A stretch of 64,000 nt of DNA from contig NC_043002.1 of the NCBI RefSeq assembly GCF_006345805.1, forward strand, positions 19,158,001 through 19,222,000, given 5' to 3'. Below the pieces are notes generated by a model. It had not been told where the DNA came from. It saw only the letters and a program-made list of their open reading frames with translations, and searched no databases. The translations under genes and the position numbers were made by a program. The DNA is from Octopus sinensis (Eukaryota). This document shows, in pieces, positions 62,575 to 64,000 of the stretch (position 1 is its first letter; each line of letters begins with the position of its first letter).

Positions 62575-63160
62575 GCGATGAGCTGGCAGAAACGTTAGCA
62601 CGCCGGGCGAAATGCTTTGCGGTATTTCGTCTGCCGTTACGTTCTGAGTTCAAATTCCGCCGAGGTCGACTTTGCCTTTCATCCTTTCGGGGTCGATTAA
62701 ATAAGTACCAGTTACGCACTGGGGTCGATGTAATCGACTTAATCCGTTTGTCTGTCCTTGTTTGTCCTCTCTGTGTTTAGCCCCTTGTGAGTAGTAAAGA
62801 AATAGAAATAGGTATTCGTCTGCCCCTACGTTCTAAGTTCAAATTCCACCTAGGTCAACTTTGCCTTTCATCCTTTTGGGGTCGATTAAATAAGTACCAG
62901 TTTTTCACTGGGGTCGATATAATCGATTTAATCCGTTTGTCTGTCCTTGTTTGTCCTCTCTGTGTTAAACCCCTTGCAGGCAGTAAAGAAATAGGTATTT
63001 CGTTTGCCGTTACGTTCTGAGTTCAAATTCCGCCGAGGTCGACTTTGCCTTTCATCCTTCGGGATCGATAAATTAAGTACCAGTTGCGTACTGGGGTCGA
63101 TCTAATCGACTGGTCCCCCACCCTCAAAATTTCGGGCCTTGTGCCTTGAGTAGAAAAGAA
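62575..63160 (+). mobile_element. Nin-like SINE trimer; the last unit carries a different 3' tail
   Basis: Head plus three body units; the third ends gactggtccccca...ggccttgtgcc instead of aaagaaata. Confidence 0.85.
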
Positions 63161-63714
63161 TATTCACAGGAGGACAGTGAGATATATATGAACGAACTCA
63201 AGATGCAATGACTTATGTCAGAAAATTTGGCCGGTTTGATCCCTTCATTACGTTCATTACATGTAATGTGAAATGGGTAGGAACATTCAATGAACTCTTT
63301 CGACATTATTTGCTAAGACGCAATTTCTTGTTGCAACAAAGAAATGGCGTCTGGAAATTTCCCTTGTCAAGGTGTCAAACCATTGTACTGCCTTAGAATA
63401 TTTTCGATAATTTGGAGCAACGGACATGATCTCTCCATACACACACACACACACACACACATATGTAGTGAGGGCGCATGGTTAGGGTATTGCACTCTCG
63501 ATCCAAACTAGTGGTGCGTTGTGTTCTTGCTCTGTGATCACTTCGACAACTGACCTGTGGTACATAGTGCACCTGATCAGACAGCATCGATTTGATGGAG
63601 AGAGTGCTCTAATGTGCGGTACGAACATTCGATCACTATAAACAAATCATTTGTACAGGTCGTTCGGCAAAAGCTGAACGCTAATACGTCGACTTCGATG
63701 GAAGAGTCCATCTG

Positions 63715-63759
<45 letters not shown>

Positions 63760-64000
63760 TGTGTGTGTGTGTGTGTATACATACGAAGGGCGTCTTTCAA
63801 TTTCTGTCTACGAAATGCACTCATAAGCCTTTGGCTATAGTGAAAAACACTTGCCCAAGGTGCCACGTAGTAGAACCGAACCTGGAACTATGTGGTTAGA
63901 AAGCAAGCTTCTTACCACACACCTACGCCCGTGTCTAGAGTCTGCATTTTCTCTCTTATTGAGTTTTGTCAGTCTTTGTCAATGTCAAGTTTGTTTTAAG

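Overview
AT-rich, repeat-dense animal genomic DNA. The SINE, RTE, Penelope and microsatellite repertoire looks like a cephalopod (octopus-like) genome; this is inferred, not proven. Most long ORFs in the track are microsatellite artefacts or decayed transposons: RTE, CR1/L2-like, Hero and R4/Dong-like LINEs, Penelope-like elements, Tigger/pogo, Tc1/mariner, MITEs and tRNA-derived SINEs. On the minus strand, largely missed by the ORF track, are two tandem paralogous 5-exon genes (A: ~58.9k to 46.7k; B: ~43.8k to 32.1k). Each has a non-coding exon 1, a 76-nt signal-peptide exon starting exactly at cag|ATG, two symmetric phase-1 cysteine-module exons and a terminal exon containing TDGLxQ. They predict small secreted proteins (144 aa and 132 aa) with a shared cysteine scaffold and strongly diverged inter-cysteine loops. 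I cannot assign them to a named family. The window also has several type I hammerhead-ribozyme-like motifs tied to Penelope-like termini, some in long palindromes carrying a ribozyme on each strand, plus a SINE family that inserts as variable-length tandem multimers.
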